DNA of 64,000 nt from an uncultured Gemmatimonadales bacterium (GTDB taxonomy: Bacteria; Gemmatimonadota; Gemmatimonadetes; Longimicrobiales; Longimicrobiaceae): contig OY970303.1 of assembly GCA_963716255.1 (NCBI GenBank), forward strand, positions 5,120,001 through 5,184,000, read 5' to 3'. Every line of letters begins with the position of its first letter. The stretch's first letter is position 1. The position numbers were made by a program, and so were the translations under genes. Of the stretch, positions 1-10,566 are shown one piece after another. The notes beneath the pieces are model-generated. The model was not told the DNA's origin and searched no databases. It worked only from the letters and a program-made list of their open reading frames with translations.

Positions 1-100
1 GGAAGACGGCTTCGAAATCGACGAGGAGGGGACCTGATGGCGGGTGCCGCTCTCGCGGAGCCGTGCGCCGTACCTCCCGACTGACCAGGTCTCTCAATGC

Positions 101-217
101 CGGTCAGGGTGTACCCCATCCTGACGTCAGGCCCGCTTCATCACCGTTGTCAGAATAGCACCTCCTCCGTAGTTTCCTGACACCCTCCCGCCAGGCTCAT
201 AGAGTTCACCCTGACAC
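101..217 (+). promoter_or_regulatory. res site (three resolvase-binding subsites) upstream of tnpR
   Basis: Three imperfect inverted repeats of GTCAG...CTGAC type: GTCAGGGTGTACCCCATCCTGAC, TGTCAGAATAG...TTTCCTGACA, GCCAGG...CCCTGACA, as in Tn21-type res. Confidence 0.75.
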
Positions 218-226
218 TTGGGGCGC

Positions 227-784
227 ATGCACGGCCAGCGGATCGGCTATGTCCGGGTCAGCAGCCTCGATCAGAACCCGGAGCGCCAGCTCGAGCAGGT
301 GCCGACGGATCGCGTCTTCACCGACCATGCCTCCGGGAAGGATATCGAGCGGCCGCAGCTGGAGGCGCTGCTCTCCTTCGTGCGCGAGGGCGACACGGTG
401 GTGGTCCACAGCATGGATCGCCTGGCGCGCAACCTGGACGACCTCCGGCGCCTCGTCCAGGGCCTGACCCGCCGCGGCGTGCGCATCGAGTTCATCAAGG
501 AGAAGCTCACCTTCACTGGAGAGGACTCTCCGATGGCTACTCTGCTGCTCTCGGTGATGGGCGCCTTCGCGGAGTTCGAGCGCGCATTGATCCGCGAACG
601 CCAGCGGGAAGGGATCGCGTTGGCGAAGCGACGAGGCGTGTACCGAGGCCGGAAGAAGTCACTCTCTCCGGATCAGGTGCTCCGGTTGCGAGAGCGTGTG
701 GCGGCCGGGGAGCCGAAGGCGCAGCTCGCCCGGGAGCTCGGCATCAGCCGTGAAACCCTCTACCAGTATCTCCGGACCGGCTGA
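227..784 (+). CDS. tnpR: Tn3-family resolvase (serine recombinase)
   Basis: [17 protein letters not shown] catalytic Ser motif, [11 protein letters not shown]-terminal HTH ([16 protein letters not shown]). Confidence 0.97.
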   Translation: MHGQRIGYVRVSSLDQNPERQLEQVPTDRVFTDHASGKDIERPQLEALLSFVREGDTVVVHSMDRLARNLDDLRRLVQGLTRRGVRIEFIKEKLTFTGEDSPMATLLLSVMGAFAEFERALIRERQREGIALAKRRGVYRGRKKSLSPDQVLRLRERVAAGEPKAQLARELGISRETLYQYLRTG

Positions 785-785
785 C

Positions 786-3752
786 GTGCCGCGCCGCAGC
801 ATCCTCACCTCGGTCGAGCGTGCCTTGCTCCTCGCGGTCCCTCCCGCCGCAGACGACCGGATCCGTCACTACAGCCTGAGCGAGCCCGATCTCTCGGTCA
901 TCCGCCAGCGACGCGGCGCGCACAACCGCCTCGGGTTCGCGGTTCAGCTCTGCTCGCTCCGCTATCCGGGCTGCGCGATCCCGGCCGGAGAGCCCCCGCC
1001 CGAGATCCTGCTCTCTCTGGTGGCACGTCAGCTCCGGCTGGACCCGGCACTCTGGACCAGGTACGCGGAGCGCGAGGAGACTCGCCGCGAGCATATGCTG
1101 GAGCTTCAGGCCTGGCTCCGCCTCACGTCGTTCGGCCTGGAGCATCATCGTGCCGTGGTCCACGCTCTGACGGAGCTTGCCGAGCAGACAGACCGGGGAA
1201 TCCTCCTGGCGACTGCGATGCTGGAGATGCTCCGGCACCAGCGCGTCATCGTTCCCGCGATCGACGTGGTCGAGCGGGTCTGTGCCGAAGCGCTCACGCG
1301 CGGCACCCGGCGTGTGTACGCGGCACTGACCGCGCCTCTGTCGGGAGACGGCCGGAGCAGGCTCGGCGCGCTGCTGGATCCGCGGGAGGGCGCCCGGATC
1401 ACCTCGCTGGTCTGGCTGCGGCAGCCCCCGGGAGCAGCCTCGGCCCGGAACGTCCTGGCCCACCTGGAACGGCTGCAGGCGGTGCGCGATCTGGCGCTCC
1501 CCGAGGGCCTGGCCGGCATGGTTCATCAGAACCGCTGGATGAAGCTCGCCCGCGAGGGCGCCCAGATGACGGGTCAGCACCTGCGGAACCTGGAGCTCAA
1601 GCGGCGGCACGCGACCCTGGTCGCGGTCGTGCTGGACACACGCGCCACGCTGATCGACGAGACGATCGAATTGCACGAGCGCATGCTGGGAGGGTTGTTC
1701 TCCCGCGCCAAACGGCGCCATGCCGAACAATTCCAGCAGGCGGGCCGCTCGATCAACGACAAGGTGCGCCTGTACTCGCGGATCGGCCGTGCACTGGTCG
1801 AGGCGCGCCGGCAGGGCGGCGACCCGTTCGCGGCCATCGAAGCGATCCTTCCCTGGGAGCGCTTTACGGAAAGCATCGCCGAGGCGGAGCGGCTCGCCCA
1901 GCCCGAGGACTTCGACTACCTGCCGCTGATCGGCGACGGCTACACGCAGATGCGCAGGTACACGCCTGCACTGCTGACCGCGCTCGACTTCCGGGCCGCG
2001 CCTGCGGCCAGGGACGTCCTGGCAGGCGTGGAGGTGCTCCGGGCAATGAACGAGCGGCAGGCGCGCAAGGTGCCCAAGGACGCGCCGGTCAGCTTCGTCC
2101 GCAAGCGGTGGGCGGAGGTCGTCTTCACAGAGGATGGGCTCGATCGCCGATTCTATGAGCTGTGTGTGCTCTCCGAGCTGAAGAACGCGCTGCGCTCCGG
2201 CGACATCTGGATCCCGGGCTCCCGCCAGTTCAAGGACTTCGAGGGATACCTGCTTCCTCCGGAGCAATTCGCCCTGCAGCGGGACCAGCAGGCGCTCCAC
2301 CTCGCCGTCGACACCGACTGCGAACGCTACCTGGAGAGCCGGCTCGCCGTGCTGGAGAGCGCGATGGTGCGGGTGGAGCAGCTTGCCGCGCGGGACGAGC
2401 TGCCCGATGCGATGATCCGGGATGAACGCCTTCGCCTCACGCCGCTCACCAACAGCGTGCCGGAGGAGGCCGACGAGCTCATGCGGAAGGCGTACTCTCT
2501 GGTACCGCACCTCAAGATCACGGACCTGCTGCTGGAGGTGGACAACTGGACCGGCTTCACCCGGCACGTCACCCATCTGAAGAGCAGTGAGACCGCGGGC
2601 GACCGGAAGCTGCTGCTCACCGCGATCCTCGCCGACGCGGTGAACCTTGGACTGTCCAAGATGGCCGAGTCCTGCCCCGGCGTCACCTACGCGAAGCTCT
2701 CCTGGCTGCAGGCATGGCATGTGAGGGACGAGACGTACCGGAGCGCGCTGGCCGAGCTGGTCAACGCGCAGGCGCGGCACCCCTTCGCCTCCTGGTGGGG
2801 GGATGGGACGGCCTCCTCCTCGGACGGGCAGCGCTTCCGGGCGGGCGGCAGAGGAGAGGCTGCGGGCCAGGTCAACGCCCGCTACGGGAATGATGCGGGC
2901 GTGCTCTTCTACACACACATCTCCGACCAGTACGCCCCGTTCCACACGCAGGTCATCAATGCCACCGTCCGCGATGCGACGTATGTGCTGGACGGGCTCC
3001 TCTACCACGAGGCGGACCTCAAGATCGAGGAGCACTACACGGACACGGCCGGCTTCACCGACCACGTGTTCGCCCTGATGCACCTCTTGGGCTTCCGCTT
3101 CGCGCCCCGGATCCGAGACCTGGCGGATCGGCGTCTCTACATCGACGGTTCGGCGAAGCGCTATCCCACCCTCGCCAGTCTGATCGGCGGGACCCTCAAC
3201 GTCAAGCACATCCGGGCGCACTGGGACGAGGTGTTGCGTCTGGCGACTTCGATTCGGCAAGGGACGGTCACCGCGTCCCTCATGCTGCGCAAGCTGGGTA
3301 GTTATCCGCGACAGAACGGGCTCGCCCTGGCACTCCGCGAGCTCGGCCGGATCGAGAGGACGCTGTTTACGCTCGACTGGCTGCAGAACGTGGAGCTACG
3401 CCGCCGTGTTCACGTGGGGCTGAACAAGGGCGAGGCGAAGAACGCTCTGGCCCGCGCGGTGTTCTTCAACCGGCTCGGTGAGCTGCGGGACCGCAGCTTC
3501 GAGAACCAGCGGCACCGCGCCTCCGGCCTGAACCTGGTGGTCGCCGCCATCGTGCTCTGGAATACCGTATACCTTGAGCGCGCGGTGCAGGCACTCACCG
3601 GGCATGGACATTCGGTGGATGAGGACCTACTTCAGCATCTCTCGCCCCTCGGTTGGGATCACATCAATTTGACGGGAGAGTACACCTGGAAGCAGAACCG
3701 ATCTGTCGAGAGAGGGCAATTCCGGCCGCTCCGGCCCTTCGCTCAACCTTAG
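786..3752 (+). CDS. tnpA: Tn3-family transposase
   Basis: GTG start just after the tnpR stop (MPRRSILT); [55 protein letters not shown] motifs. Confidence 0.97.
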   Translation: MPRRSILTSVERALLLAVPPAADDRIRHYSLSEPDLSVIRQRRGAHNRLGFAVQLCSLRYPGCAIPAGEPPPEILLSLVARQLRLDPALWTRYAEREETRREHMLELQAWLRLTSFGLEHHRAVVHALTELAEQTDRGILLATAMLEMLRHQRVIVPAIDVVERVCAEALTRGTRRVYAALTAPLSGDGRSRLGALLDPREGARITSLVWLRQPPGAASARNVLAHLERLQAVRDLALPEGLAGMVHQNRWMKLAREGAQMTGQHLRNLELKRRHATLVAVVLDTRATLIDETIELHERMLGGLFSRAKRRHAEQFQQAGRSINDKVRLYSRIGRALVEARRQGGDPFAAIEAILPWERFTESIAEAERLAQPEDFDYLPLIGDGYTQMRRYTPALLTALDFRAAPAARDVLAGVEVLRAMNERQARKVPKDAPVSFVRKRWAEVVFTEDGLDRRFYELCVLSELKNALRSGDIWIPGSRQFKDFEGYLLPPEQFALQRDQQALHLAVDTDCERYLESRLAVLESAMVRVEQLAARDELPDAMIRDERLRLTPLTNSVPEEADELMRKAYSLVPHLKITDLLLEVDNWTGFTRHVTHLKSSETAGDRKLLLTAILADAVNLGLSKMAESCPGVTYAKLSWLQAWHVRDETYRSALAELVNAQARHPFASWWGDGTASSSDGQRFRAGGRGEAAGQVNARYGNDAGVLFYTHISDQYAPFHTQVINATVRDATYVLDGLLYHEADLKIEEHYTDTAGFTDHVFALMHLLGFRFAPRIRDLADRRLYIDGSAKRYPTLASLIGGTLNVKHIRAHWDEVLRLATSIRQGTVTASLMLRKLGSYPRQNGLALALRELGRIERTLFTLDWLQNVELRRRVHVGLNKGEAKNALARAVFFNRLGELRDRSFENQRHRASGLNLVVAAIVLWNTVYLERAVQALTGHGHSVDEDLLQHLSPLGWDHINLTGEYTWKQNRSVERGQFRPLRPFAQP

Positions 3753-3785
3753 CGTACGATTTCTTCCGTTTCGTGAGCGGACCCC
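3748..3785 (-). repeat. 38-bp terminal inverted repeat of the Tn3-family element
   Basis: Reverse complement GGGGTCCGCTCACGAAACGGAAGAAATCGTACGCTAAG matches the Tn21-type GGGG...ACGCTAAG pattern and overlaps the tnpA stop. Confidence 0.93.
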
Positions 3786-4264
3786 TAGATGAGCATCGAG
3801 ACATCTGCGGTCTCGGGATCAATCGGCATTGGGTGCTCGATTCCCATAAATAGCTCATGCACCTCCTCGCGGGTCACCGTGGACCCAAGTTCGTGAGCTA
3901 ACCGATTGCGGATGCGGCTTAGCTTCCGAAGAGAGCCAACGACGAAGTCTGGCAGGAGTTCCCAATCCTCAGCTAGAACGCAGCGTGACGCAATTTCCAG
4001 CTTTTTGGAGTAGCTAAGCCCAGCTTTCAGAACTGCCTCCCCATTCGGCTCCAGCGCATACGCAAGCAGTCTATCGAGCACGACCTCCGACAAAAGATGA
4101 CACTTCAGAATCCAGCTCACCGGGTCGCCAATCCGAAGTGAAGGGCGCACTCCAGGCGGAGAGCTCTCGAGTTGCTCATTGGACCTCATGCTTTCGAGCA
4201 GCAGAGGTAGTGTCTGATATCGTAGCTCCGTCAGTCGTAGGAGCTTCTCTTTCAGTTCGCTCAT
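3785..4264 (-). CDS. HEPN-motif (RxxxxH) helical protein, probably 3'-truncated by the transposon
   Basis: LRKLSRIRNRLAHELG motif; visibly lower GC than the flanks; the stop codon uses the last base of the IR. Confidence 0.65.
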   Translation of the reverse strand: MSELKEKLLRLTELRYQTLPLLLESMRSNEQLESSPPGVRPSLRIGDPVSWILKCHLLSEVVLDRLLAYALEPNGEAVLKAGLSYSKKLEIASRCVLAEDWELLPDFVVGSLRKLSRIRNRLAHELGSTVTREEVHELFMGIEHPMPIDPETADVSMLI

Positions 4265-4589
4265 GAGAAACAGCCGAACTATGTGTTAAGTAGCCAGATT
4301 ACCATTATGCGAAGCATTTTCGCATCCGAACCTCGAGATTACGAATCCTGCCGCAATGTGTGTCCCGCTACCCCAGCACACAAGCCATGCGGGTGGCGGG
4401 ACCCCCGCCACCTCCCACCGTTTTTGCGTCGATCGCCACGCCTGTTCTACCGCTGTTCTCCCCGCGGAATACAGCTATTACCCCTGGTGTCACGACTGCG
4501 CGTACTACCCCTCCAGGGACGACACGCCCCGGGCCGGCGACTTCGCCGGCAATCGGGTAGGAGGCCCTTGACCTGGTGGAGGCTGGGGA

Positions 4590-5009
4590 TCAGGCGGATG
4601 CTTTGCGCCTCTCCCCGGCGAGGGCGACGCCGGCATCGGCGGTGTCGCTGGCGAGCCAGGCCGTCGCGAGCTCCAGCGTGTCGAACAGGTGGAAGGTCTC
4701 CCCCGCGAACCTGGCGACCCCCTGGGCGAGGACCCACTGGACCCCCGTGAGGCCGACCACGGCCTGTTTGCGTACGTATCCCCTGGTGGCGGCGGCGCTG
4801 TGCCGGAACAGCCACACCACCTCGATGGAGGTGACCGTGCCGGTCAGGTCGGCAACGGCGAGCACCGAGTCCAGGGGCTGGCTGCACATCTCGCGGTCCA
4901 CCGCTTCCACCTCGGCCCGCAGGGCGGCCACGTCGCGTCCGAAGCCGCTGAAGTCGCAGTAGAGGATCCGGGGTCCGTCCGGCAGCTGGATCCATCTCGA
5001 TTTGTTCAT
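4590..5009 (-). CDS. STAS/SEC14 (SpoIIAA-like) domain protein
   Basis: RILYCDFSG...LAVADLTG...VRKQAVVGLTG...FDTLELATAWL pattern typical of this family. Confidence 0.65.
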   Translation of the reverse strand: MNKSRWIQLPDGPRILYCDFSGFGRDVAALRAEVEAVDREMCSQPLDSVLAVADLTGTVTSIEVVWLFRHSAAATRGYVRKQAVVGLTGVQWVLAQGVARFAGETFHLFDTLELATAWLASDTADAGVALAGERRKASA

Positions 5010-5201
5010 CGGTGCGTTTGCTCAGAAGGGGGTGGCGCCGCTGTCGATTCGTACCTGCACGGCCTGCGGGGGTGGGGCGGGGTACGGCGAGGCGGCCCGG
5101 ACGAAGGAAGGTCCGGTTCAGGAGCACAGGGCTGGAAGCCGCCGACGGTGCTGCATCCGGCAGGAATACCCCACGGGCGGAGGAAGCGTTACAGGCAAAG
5201 C

Positions 5202-5238
5202 AAAAAAGCCGGGGGCGGCGCAGCGCGCCGCCCCCGGC
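5202..5238 (-). terminator. Rho-independent terminator closing the minus-strand gene run
   Basis: GCCGGGGGCGGCGC / GCGCCGCCCCCGGC stem followed by a T6 tract on the minus strand. Confidence 0.75.
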
Positions 5239-5533
5239 CGTGCCGGGCATCAGGTGCACCGCGGTTCCGAGCGGTCGAGCGGCGGCTCGCGCCCGGCGCC
5301 GGGGGAGTCCTCGCCCGGGGGCTCGCGCATCCCGTCGTCCGAGGCGATGGAGGCGAGGACGTCGTCGTGGCGGTCGGGCTGGGCGTGGCCGGTCAAGAGG
5401 TGTCTCCTGGGATGGAAGCGGATGGGCGGGCCCGGGCCCGCGGGGTCCATGTATGTCCGTCAGCCGCGCGGGAGCGGCGGGATGAGGGGTAGAGCGCGTG
5501 CCGCCCGGCAGGTGGGAGCGGCGCGCCAGCGTG

Positions 5534-6127
5534 TTAGGCGACGGCACGCCTGGCGGGGGACGAACCGTCCGCCAGGTCGGGCAGGGTGGAACAGGGGTGG
5601 GGCGGCAGCGGGAGCGAGGCCGCGCGGCCGGTGTCGACGACGGCGTAGACCAGGACCGTCGCGGTCGGGATCAGCCGCAGTGCAGCAAGGGCCGTGGTAC
5701 CCGTGTCGAACACGTTGTCGAGCAGGACGGGGACGCCGGGGGGGAGGCGTCCCTCCAGCCGCAGGCCGAGGAGGTCCGGGGTGATCGGGCGGCCCTCCAG
5801 CTTGAGGTCGTACAGCGAGGGACGGCTGGGGCCCCGGAGCACGTCGGCGACCGGGTTCCCGGTCATGGCGCAGAGCGCCCTCGCGAGACGCCAGGCGACG
5901 GTCGCACGGCCGGTTCGACCCGGCATCGGAACGAGGACGGCACCCGCGGGCACCAGCGCTGCCAGCTCCCCCGCCATCTGCCGGATCGCCGCGGCGACTC
6001 CTCGCTTCGCCGCGTGGGCCAGCGTCCTCGCGCCGGGCGTCCCGTAGTAGGATGCCGCGAAGGACACCGGGCCGATGAACGACGGGCCTCCCGGGGAAGG
6101 GGAGGGCGCCGCGCTGGTGGGATCCAT
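5534..6127 (-). CDS. ComF-like phosphoribosyltransferase-fold protein
   Basis: VLVPMPG and PRPP-binding loop VLLDNVFDTGTT. Confidence 0.7.
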   Translation of the reverse strand: MDPTSAAPSPSPGGPSFIGPVSFAASYYGTPGARTLAHAAKRGVAAAIRQMAGELAALVPAGAVLVPMPGRTGRATVAWRLARALCAMTGNPVADVLRGPSRPSLYDLKLEGRPITPDLLGLRLEGRLPPGVPVLLDNVFDTGTTALAALRLIPTATVLVYAVVDTGRAASLPLPPHPCSTLPDLADGSSPARRAVA

Positions 6128-6139
6128 GCCCTGCTCGGC

Positions 6140-6424
6140 TCAGATGCCGAAGTCCTCGCACTCGGCGGCGAAGCCGTCGAGGTCGCCGCCAAGCATCTCG
6201 GCGAGGTAGAACCGCGCGAGGCTGTCCTCGGAGAGCGGACGGCGGATCACCTTCCCCTCCGCGTCCTTGGGGCACGCGGAGCACTCGACCAGGTTCACCG
6301 AGGTCGGCGGGTCGAAGACGAACCCCTCCGCGTCGGGGCTCCCGGCGGGCGCCCTCTTCACGTCGTCCATGAGGTAGAGGAAATCCCAGGGCTCGCGGCA
6401 GTTGGAGCAGTGGATGTCGGCCAT
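6140..6424 (-). CDS. Small putative zinc-binding hypothetical protein
   Basis: CSNC...CSAC Cys pairs, acidic C-terminus, GGAGAG RBS, coding-like codon usage. Confidence 0.7.
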   Translation of the reverse strand: MADIHCSNCREPWDFLYLMDDVKRAPAGSPDAEGFVFDPPTSVNLVECSACPKDAEGKVIRRPLSEDSLARFYLAEMLGGDLDGFAAECEDFGI

Positions 6425-6545
6425 GGCGGGCTCTCCGATCGAGGTGCGGGATCAGCGCTGAAAAGGATGCGCGGCAGGAGGGATGATCCCCCTGCCGCGC
6501 GTGACGTGGCCGGATGGCCACAGGTGGGCCGAAGCCGGAACTCGG

Positions 6546-7147
6546 CTACCTGGGAACTGCGCCCTCGCCGTGAACCGCGCGCCAGAACGCTTCGAGCGTC
6601 AGCCCGGTCGCGTCGGCCACGCGTGCGGCGAGGCCCCGCTGGTCTCGCGCCCAGGCGACGAAGTCGCGCTGGGTACGCCGCTTGGCCGCGCCGACGGCGC
6701 GGCCGTCGCGGCCGAGGAGCCGCTTGAGGGCCATGCGCTGCTCGTACCGCAGCCGGCGCGGGTGTGAAGGGACCCGGCTGACACCGATGTGTAGGCCAGT
6801 ACCTCGTCGTGGGGGCGCAGCGCGCGGAAGCCCAGGCGTTCCCCGAGGCCTCCATGTTTCGCCGCGTGGCGCTCCATGATCGGGAGGTCGCTGAGGTTTC
6901 CGACGACCTCCCCGAGCTCGTAGACGAGGTAGAACGGCGGATCCCGCTCGACGCGCTCGGGACTCCACGTCGCGAGCGCCTCGGCGATGAACGCCTGAAC
7001 GAGCTCGTTCTGGAAGGCGGCAGCCGCAAACACGGTGCGGCTCGGGTGCTCCAGAACCATGGCAGGAGGGGAGGGCGGGGGAGGCGAGGCGGGGAGATCG
7101 AGCGCGAGCTGCGGGCTGAAGCGCGCAGCGCTGGAAGCGATGCTCAT
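6546..7147 (-). pseudogene. Frameshifted hypothetical gene (possible GIY-YIG-like)
   Basis: Coding-like N-part (MSIASS...HDEVLAY) continues in another frame (IGVSRVPSHPRRLRYEQRMALKRLLG...) after a small indel near 6790. Confidence 0.55.
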
Positions 7148-7392
7148 GGTCGCAACGGATCGTAGGAGTCCTGGGCCGCCGCCGGGTGGCGAGGACCGTC
7201 ACGAGCCCCCGCCGCATCGCGGAGTGCGGCAGGTCGATCTGCGCAGCGCGGGAGGGCGCGGCACCGGGGGCGAGTCGCGAACGGGAAGGGGCGGGGGAGA
7301 CGATCCCCGGGGCGGCACGGGGCGGATGCCCGCCGGTGGCGGGTGCCGGCGCCGGACGCCGCCTGCCCGGACGGGCGGCGGCCGGGTACGGG

Positions 7393-7854
7393 CTACGGCG
7401 CGGAGCCGTCGGGGCGCGGGCGCTTCGTGTGGAAGGGCCCACGCGGCTTGCGGGTGACGATGGGGGTGACGGCCTTCTCCCGCCGGTCCCGAAAGAGCAT
7501 CGCGGCGACGAGCGAGTGCTCGGGGCCGGCCTCCCCGTCGCTGATGCTCGCCGAGACGCGGTGCGCCGGGTCGTGGGTGAAAAGCCGCACGGTCCACGCG
7601 CGGGTCCTCCCGTGCTCGCCGGAGCGGCGTTTCTGGTCGATGCGGCTGATGCCGTAGAGGTCGACGTCGGTCAGGCGCTCCTTCGCGGGCACGTGCGTGC
7701 GCATCGCCGCGGCGAGCGCTGCCGCCAGCCGCTGCTCGTCGAGGTCGAAGGCATGCACGGTGTCGATGAAGCGGCCGAAGACGTGCTCAGGGAGCCCGGC
7801 GACGCGGGCCGCGCCGGCGATCGCGTTCCTGCGCTCGGTCGTCAGTCTGATCAT
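7393..7854 (-). CDS. Hypothetical protein with AP2-like DNA-binding domain
   Basis: YGISRID...RAWTVRL...SISDG..G...SLVAAMLFRD resembles the bacterial AP2 domain pattern. Confidence 0.55.
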   Translation of the reverse strand: MIRLTTERRNAIAGAARVAGLPEHVFGRFIDTVHAFDLDEQRLAAALAAAMRTHVPAKERLTDVDLYGISRIDQKRRSGEHGRTRAWTVRLFTHDPAHRVSASISDGEAGPEHSLVAAMLFRDRREKAVTPIVTRKPRGPFHTKRPRPDGSAP

Positions 7855-7902
7855 GCCCGTAGCTTGGAGGTGCAGGGATGGCGGTGCTGCCGGGTCGGGA
7901 GC

Positions 7903-8274
7903 CTACGAGCGGGGGGCACGGAGCTGCGGAGGCGGTTCGCCAGCGGCGGCGGCGGGATCCCGGGAGGCGACTTCCGCCTGCAGGTATTCCTGGACGTCTT
8001 CGATCGTCCGGGCGATCCGCCCACGCGTGACCTGGTTTCGCTCGGCGGCGTTGGCGAGGTTCCAGCCGCCGCGGGCGTGGACGCGGGCGGCCACGTAGAC
8101 GCCGGGGGCCCGGCCGACCAGCATCGAGCTGCCGATCTCGCTGACTTCCAGGCCCAGGGCCTCCATGGCGGCCCTGAGCTCCCCGGACGCGATACCCCGC
8201 CGGCGGGACGGGCGGAGAGCGGGCGCGCGCGGAGGGGAGGCGCGCCCCGCGGAGGGTGCGTCCGTGCGTTTCAT
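7903..8274 (-). CDS. Hypothetical protein
   Basis: ATG start, coding-like composition, in the minus-strand gene run. Confidence 0.5.
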   Translation of the reverse strand: MKRTDAPSAGRASPPRAPALRPSRRRGIASGELRAAMEALGLEVSEIGSSMLVGRAPGVYVAARVHARGGWNLANAAERNQVTRGRIARTIEDVQEYLQAEVASRDPAAAAGEPPPQLRAPRS

Positions 8275-8302
8275 CTGCGATGTCGTGGAGCGGGGTGAGT
8301 GC

Positions 8303-8842
8303 TCAGGCGGCGGGGAACAGCTCGGTCTGCACGGGGCCGGCGACGGCGTGGGAGTGGCCGGCCTCGTCGGGGTAGCGCTGCAGGAGGCTGCGCAGCAGGG
8401 CGCGCTCCGCGGCCTCGGTCTTCTCGGACAGGGCGGCCGCCAGCCGGGCGCGGACCCCCTGGGTGCGGAGCCAATCCTGGAGGACGACCTCGACGTCGAC
8501 GAAGGTGTGGTCGGGCTTGCCCACGGGCTCGTGGCCGAGGACCCGGTCCACGAAGGCGAGCCGGTCCGCGGGCGTGGAGAACCAGTGGGCGTAGAACCCG
8601 GCGCGGTCGTACTGGCGGGTCAGCCCGAAGGCGTTGCCGCTCAGGCGCTCGTAGAACCACGACGGGAACTGCGACTCAGCAAAGCCGGCGGCTACGAACC
8701 GGGTGAAGTGGGAAGCGAAGCGAGCCTTCGAGGCAGGGTCGTGGAACCGCGTGCCGGTGAAAGACCCGGGCGAGAAGGGGGTGGCCTGCGCGAGCGGAGG
8801 CGTGGCCGCAGAGCCCCCGCGGGTCTGCCTCGACGGTGCCAT
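8303..8842 (-). CDS. Conserved hypothetical protein of plasmid/ICE backbones
   Basis: KARFASHFTRFV...FYERLS..FG...YD..GFY..WF...G.PDHTFVDVE aromatic-rich pattern recalled from mobile-element hypotheticals. Confidence 0.7.
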   Translation of the reverse strand: MAPSRQTRGGSAATPPLAQATPFSPGSFTGTRFHDPASKARFASHFTRFVAAGFAESQFPSWFYERLSGNAFGLTRQYDRAGFYAHWFSTPADRLAFVDRVLGHEPVGKPDHTFVDVEVVLQDWLRTQGVRARLAAALSEKTEAAERALLRSLLQRYPDEAGHSHAVAGPVQTELFPAA

Positions 8843-9135
8843 GGGGGGAAGGGCAGGGGGGACACGGTGGAGACCCGCACGGAGTACCGGCGGGGAGAGT
8901 CACGCGCGCGTCGTTTTCTTGGGCAAGGAGGAGCGGGCGGGAGGAGGACCGGAGGAGATACGGACGACGATGCAGCCGGAGGAGGCGTGGGCGAGAGGGA
9001 CATGGCAGGACTGCCAACGGCTCCGGATCACCGGGATCGGCTGGCCAGCCACAGCACATCGCGGCCGCCCCCGAGATCGAGGAGTCTCTTCGACGTGTCC
9101 TGGCTCTGGCGAGCGGGTGGTTGGGGTGCCCCGCT

Positions 9136-10560
9136 CTAGCATGGGCGCGCGGGGTCCACGTCCCGCCCCCCCGGCTGCCCAAGGTCGAGCGACCCGCGGC
9201 GCGGGTACTCGGGACGGCGCAGCGCCTGGGGCGGGCGAGGCCAGTTGTAGCCGATCCCGCGCGGCCAGCGGGTGGCTTCGGAGTACCACGCAGCCTCTGC
9301 CTGAAGGATCTCCGAGCGAAGGTAGCGGCAGCGGCGCGCCAGCTCCAGGACGTAGTAGGGACGGTTGGCGAGGAAGGTGGCGAAGCGGTGCTTCGGGGGC
9401 ATCGGCCGGGCCACGTATCCCGATGTGTCGGCCTGGAGATCCCAGTGGACGGACCCGGGCAGCTGGCGCGACCACGCGGCCGCGAGGCGGCGCCAGGCGT
9501 CCGCCAGCGCGCGCTCGCGGGCGGCAGGGGACAGGCCGTCGGGGACGCCGAGACGGATCGCGTCGAGTGGGATCGCGGCGAGCGTCGCCGCCGTGTCCGC
9601 GTGCCGAGCGACAGCCACGCCGACGCCGCCTTCCCACGCGGCGCGCAGCACCTGGTGGACGTGGCCCCCGCCGGCGCCCTGCAGCTTCGCGAGGGAGCGG
9701 CGGGTGATGGACTCTCCGGAGCGGCGGCCGACCCAGACGGTCTCCGCGCGCGTCGTGCCGAGGTACCAGGCGCCCGTGGCGGCGTAGGGCGAACCGACAC
9801 CGCCCCCGGCCGTCTCCGCGAAGCTGCGTACGACGCGGACGAACGACGCTCCGCGCGCGAGAAGGCGCGCCTCGCCTGCGGGGAGGGGCAGGCCCAGCTC
9901 CGCCATGCGGATCGCCCGCCAGAGGGCGCGGTTCTCGTCCAGGAAGGTTCGCAGGCACGCGGCGTACAGGAACGACTCCGCCCCGGTGCCCAGCGGGATC
10001 CCGGAGGGAGTCTCCTCGGCGATGCAGAGGCGCACACAGTCGAGCAGCTCCCGGAACGTGTAGGTGACCTGCGCCCGGGCCTGGGCCGCAAGGCCGTGGT
10101 CTCCGGGTGCCTGGACCTGCATTCCCTCGGCGGTCCTGAGGTTCGACGGGGGGGCGAAGTTGGCGGCGCCGACGAGGTGACCCTCGGGGTCGTAGAGGCC
10201 GTAGGCCCGGCCGTTCATCCCTCGCCCCCTCAGGGTCCGGTGCGTCCTGGTGAAGAAATCGTCGAGGACCCGCGCCGCCCCTGGGCCGGCGACGGGCCGC
10301 ACGATGAAGCCGCGCGAGCGGAACGGGCTTCCCTCGCGCTCGTCGGTGGCCGTGATCGCCCGGGCGGCGTCCGCCCAGAGATCGAGCTGAGCGGCAGGTG
10401 CGGTCCAGAGCGCCGGCGCAGCCCCTGCCCACGCCGAGGAGTGCGCTGGGTCGTACCCTGCGACGAGGATCTCGTCGAGGAGGGTGGCCTCCGCCGGAGC
10501 GGGGTGCGCGGCCGGCGGGGCGGTGCCGGGCGCCGCGGCTGAGTCGAGGCGGAGAAGCAT
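9136..10560 (-). CDS. Mom-family (GNAT-like) DNA adenine-modification protein
   Basis: YGLYD..GHLVGAANFAPP, LDCVRLCI...GAESFLYAACLR, VRSFAE...VGSPYAATGAWYLG and KHRF blocks follow the Mom-family motif order. Confidence 0.65.
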   Translation of the reverse strand: MLLRLDSAAAPGTAPPAAHPAPAEATLLDEILVAGYDPAHSSAWAGAAPALWTAPAAQLDLWADAARAITATDEREGSPFRSRGFIVRPVAGPGAARVLDDFFTRTHRTLRGRGMNGRAYGLYDPEGHLVGAANFAPPSNLRTAEGMQVQAPGDHGLAAQARAQVTYTFRELLDCVRLCIAEETPSGIPLGTGAESFLYAACLRTFLDENRALWRAIRMAELGLPLPAGEARLLARGASFVRVVRSFAETAGGGVGSPYAATGAWYLGTTRAETVWVGRRSGESITRRSLAKLQGAGGGHVHQVLRAAWEGGVGVAVARHADTAATLAAIPLDAIRLGVPDGLSPAARERALADAWRRLAAAWSRQLPGSVHWDLQADTSGYVARPMPPKHRFATFLANRPYYVLELARRCRYLRSEILQAEAAWYSEATRWPRGIGYNWPRPPQALRRPEYPRRGSLDLGQPGGRDVDPARPC

Positions 10561-10566
10561 CGGTGG

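Larger units (their letters stand above)
1..3785 (+). mobile_element. Tn3-family (Tn21/Tn501-like) transposon, right portion; left end lies outside the window
   Basis: res-like site, co-directional tnpR and tnpA, and a 38-bp terminal IR ending in CCCC at 3785. Confidence 0.93.

Noticed and set aside
744..3260. 838-aa minus-strand ORF
   Set aside because: Antisense shadow of tnpA, typical of high-GC DNA; no recognisable motifs.
4356..4571. 71-aa Cys/Tyr-rich plus-strand ORF as a possible peptide
   Set aside because: No RBS, signal peptide or supporting context; cannot be told apart from chance.
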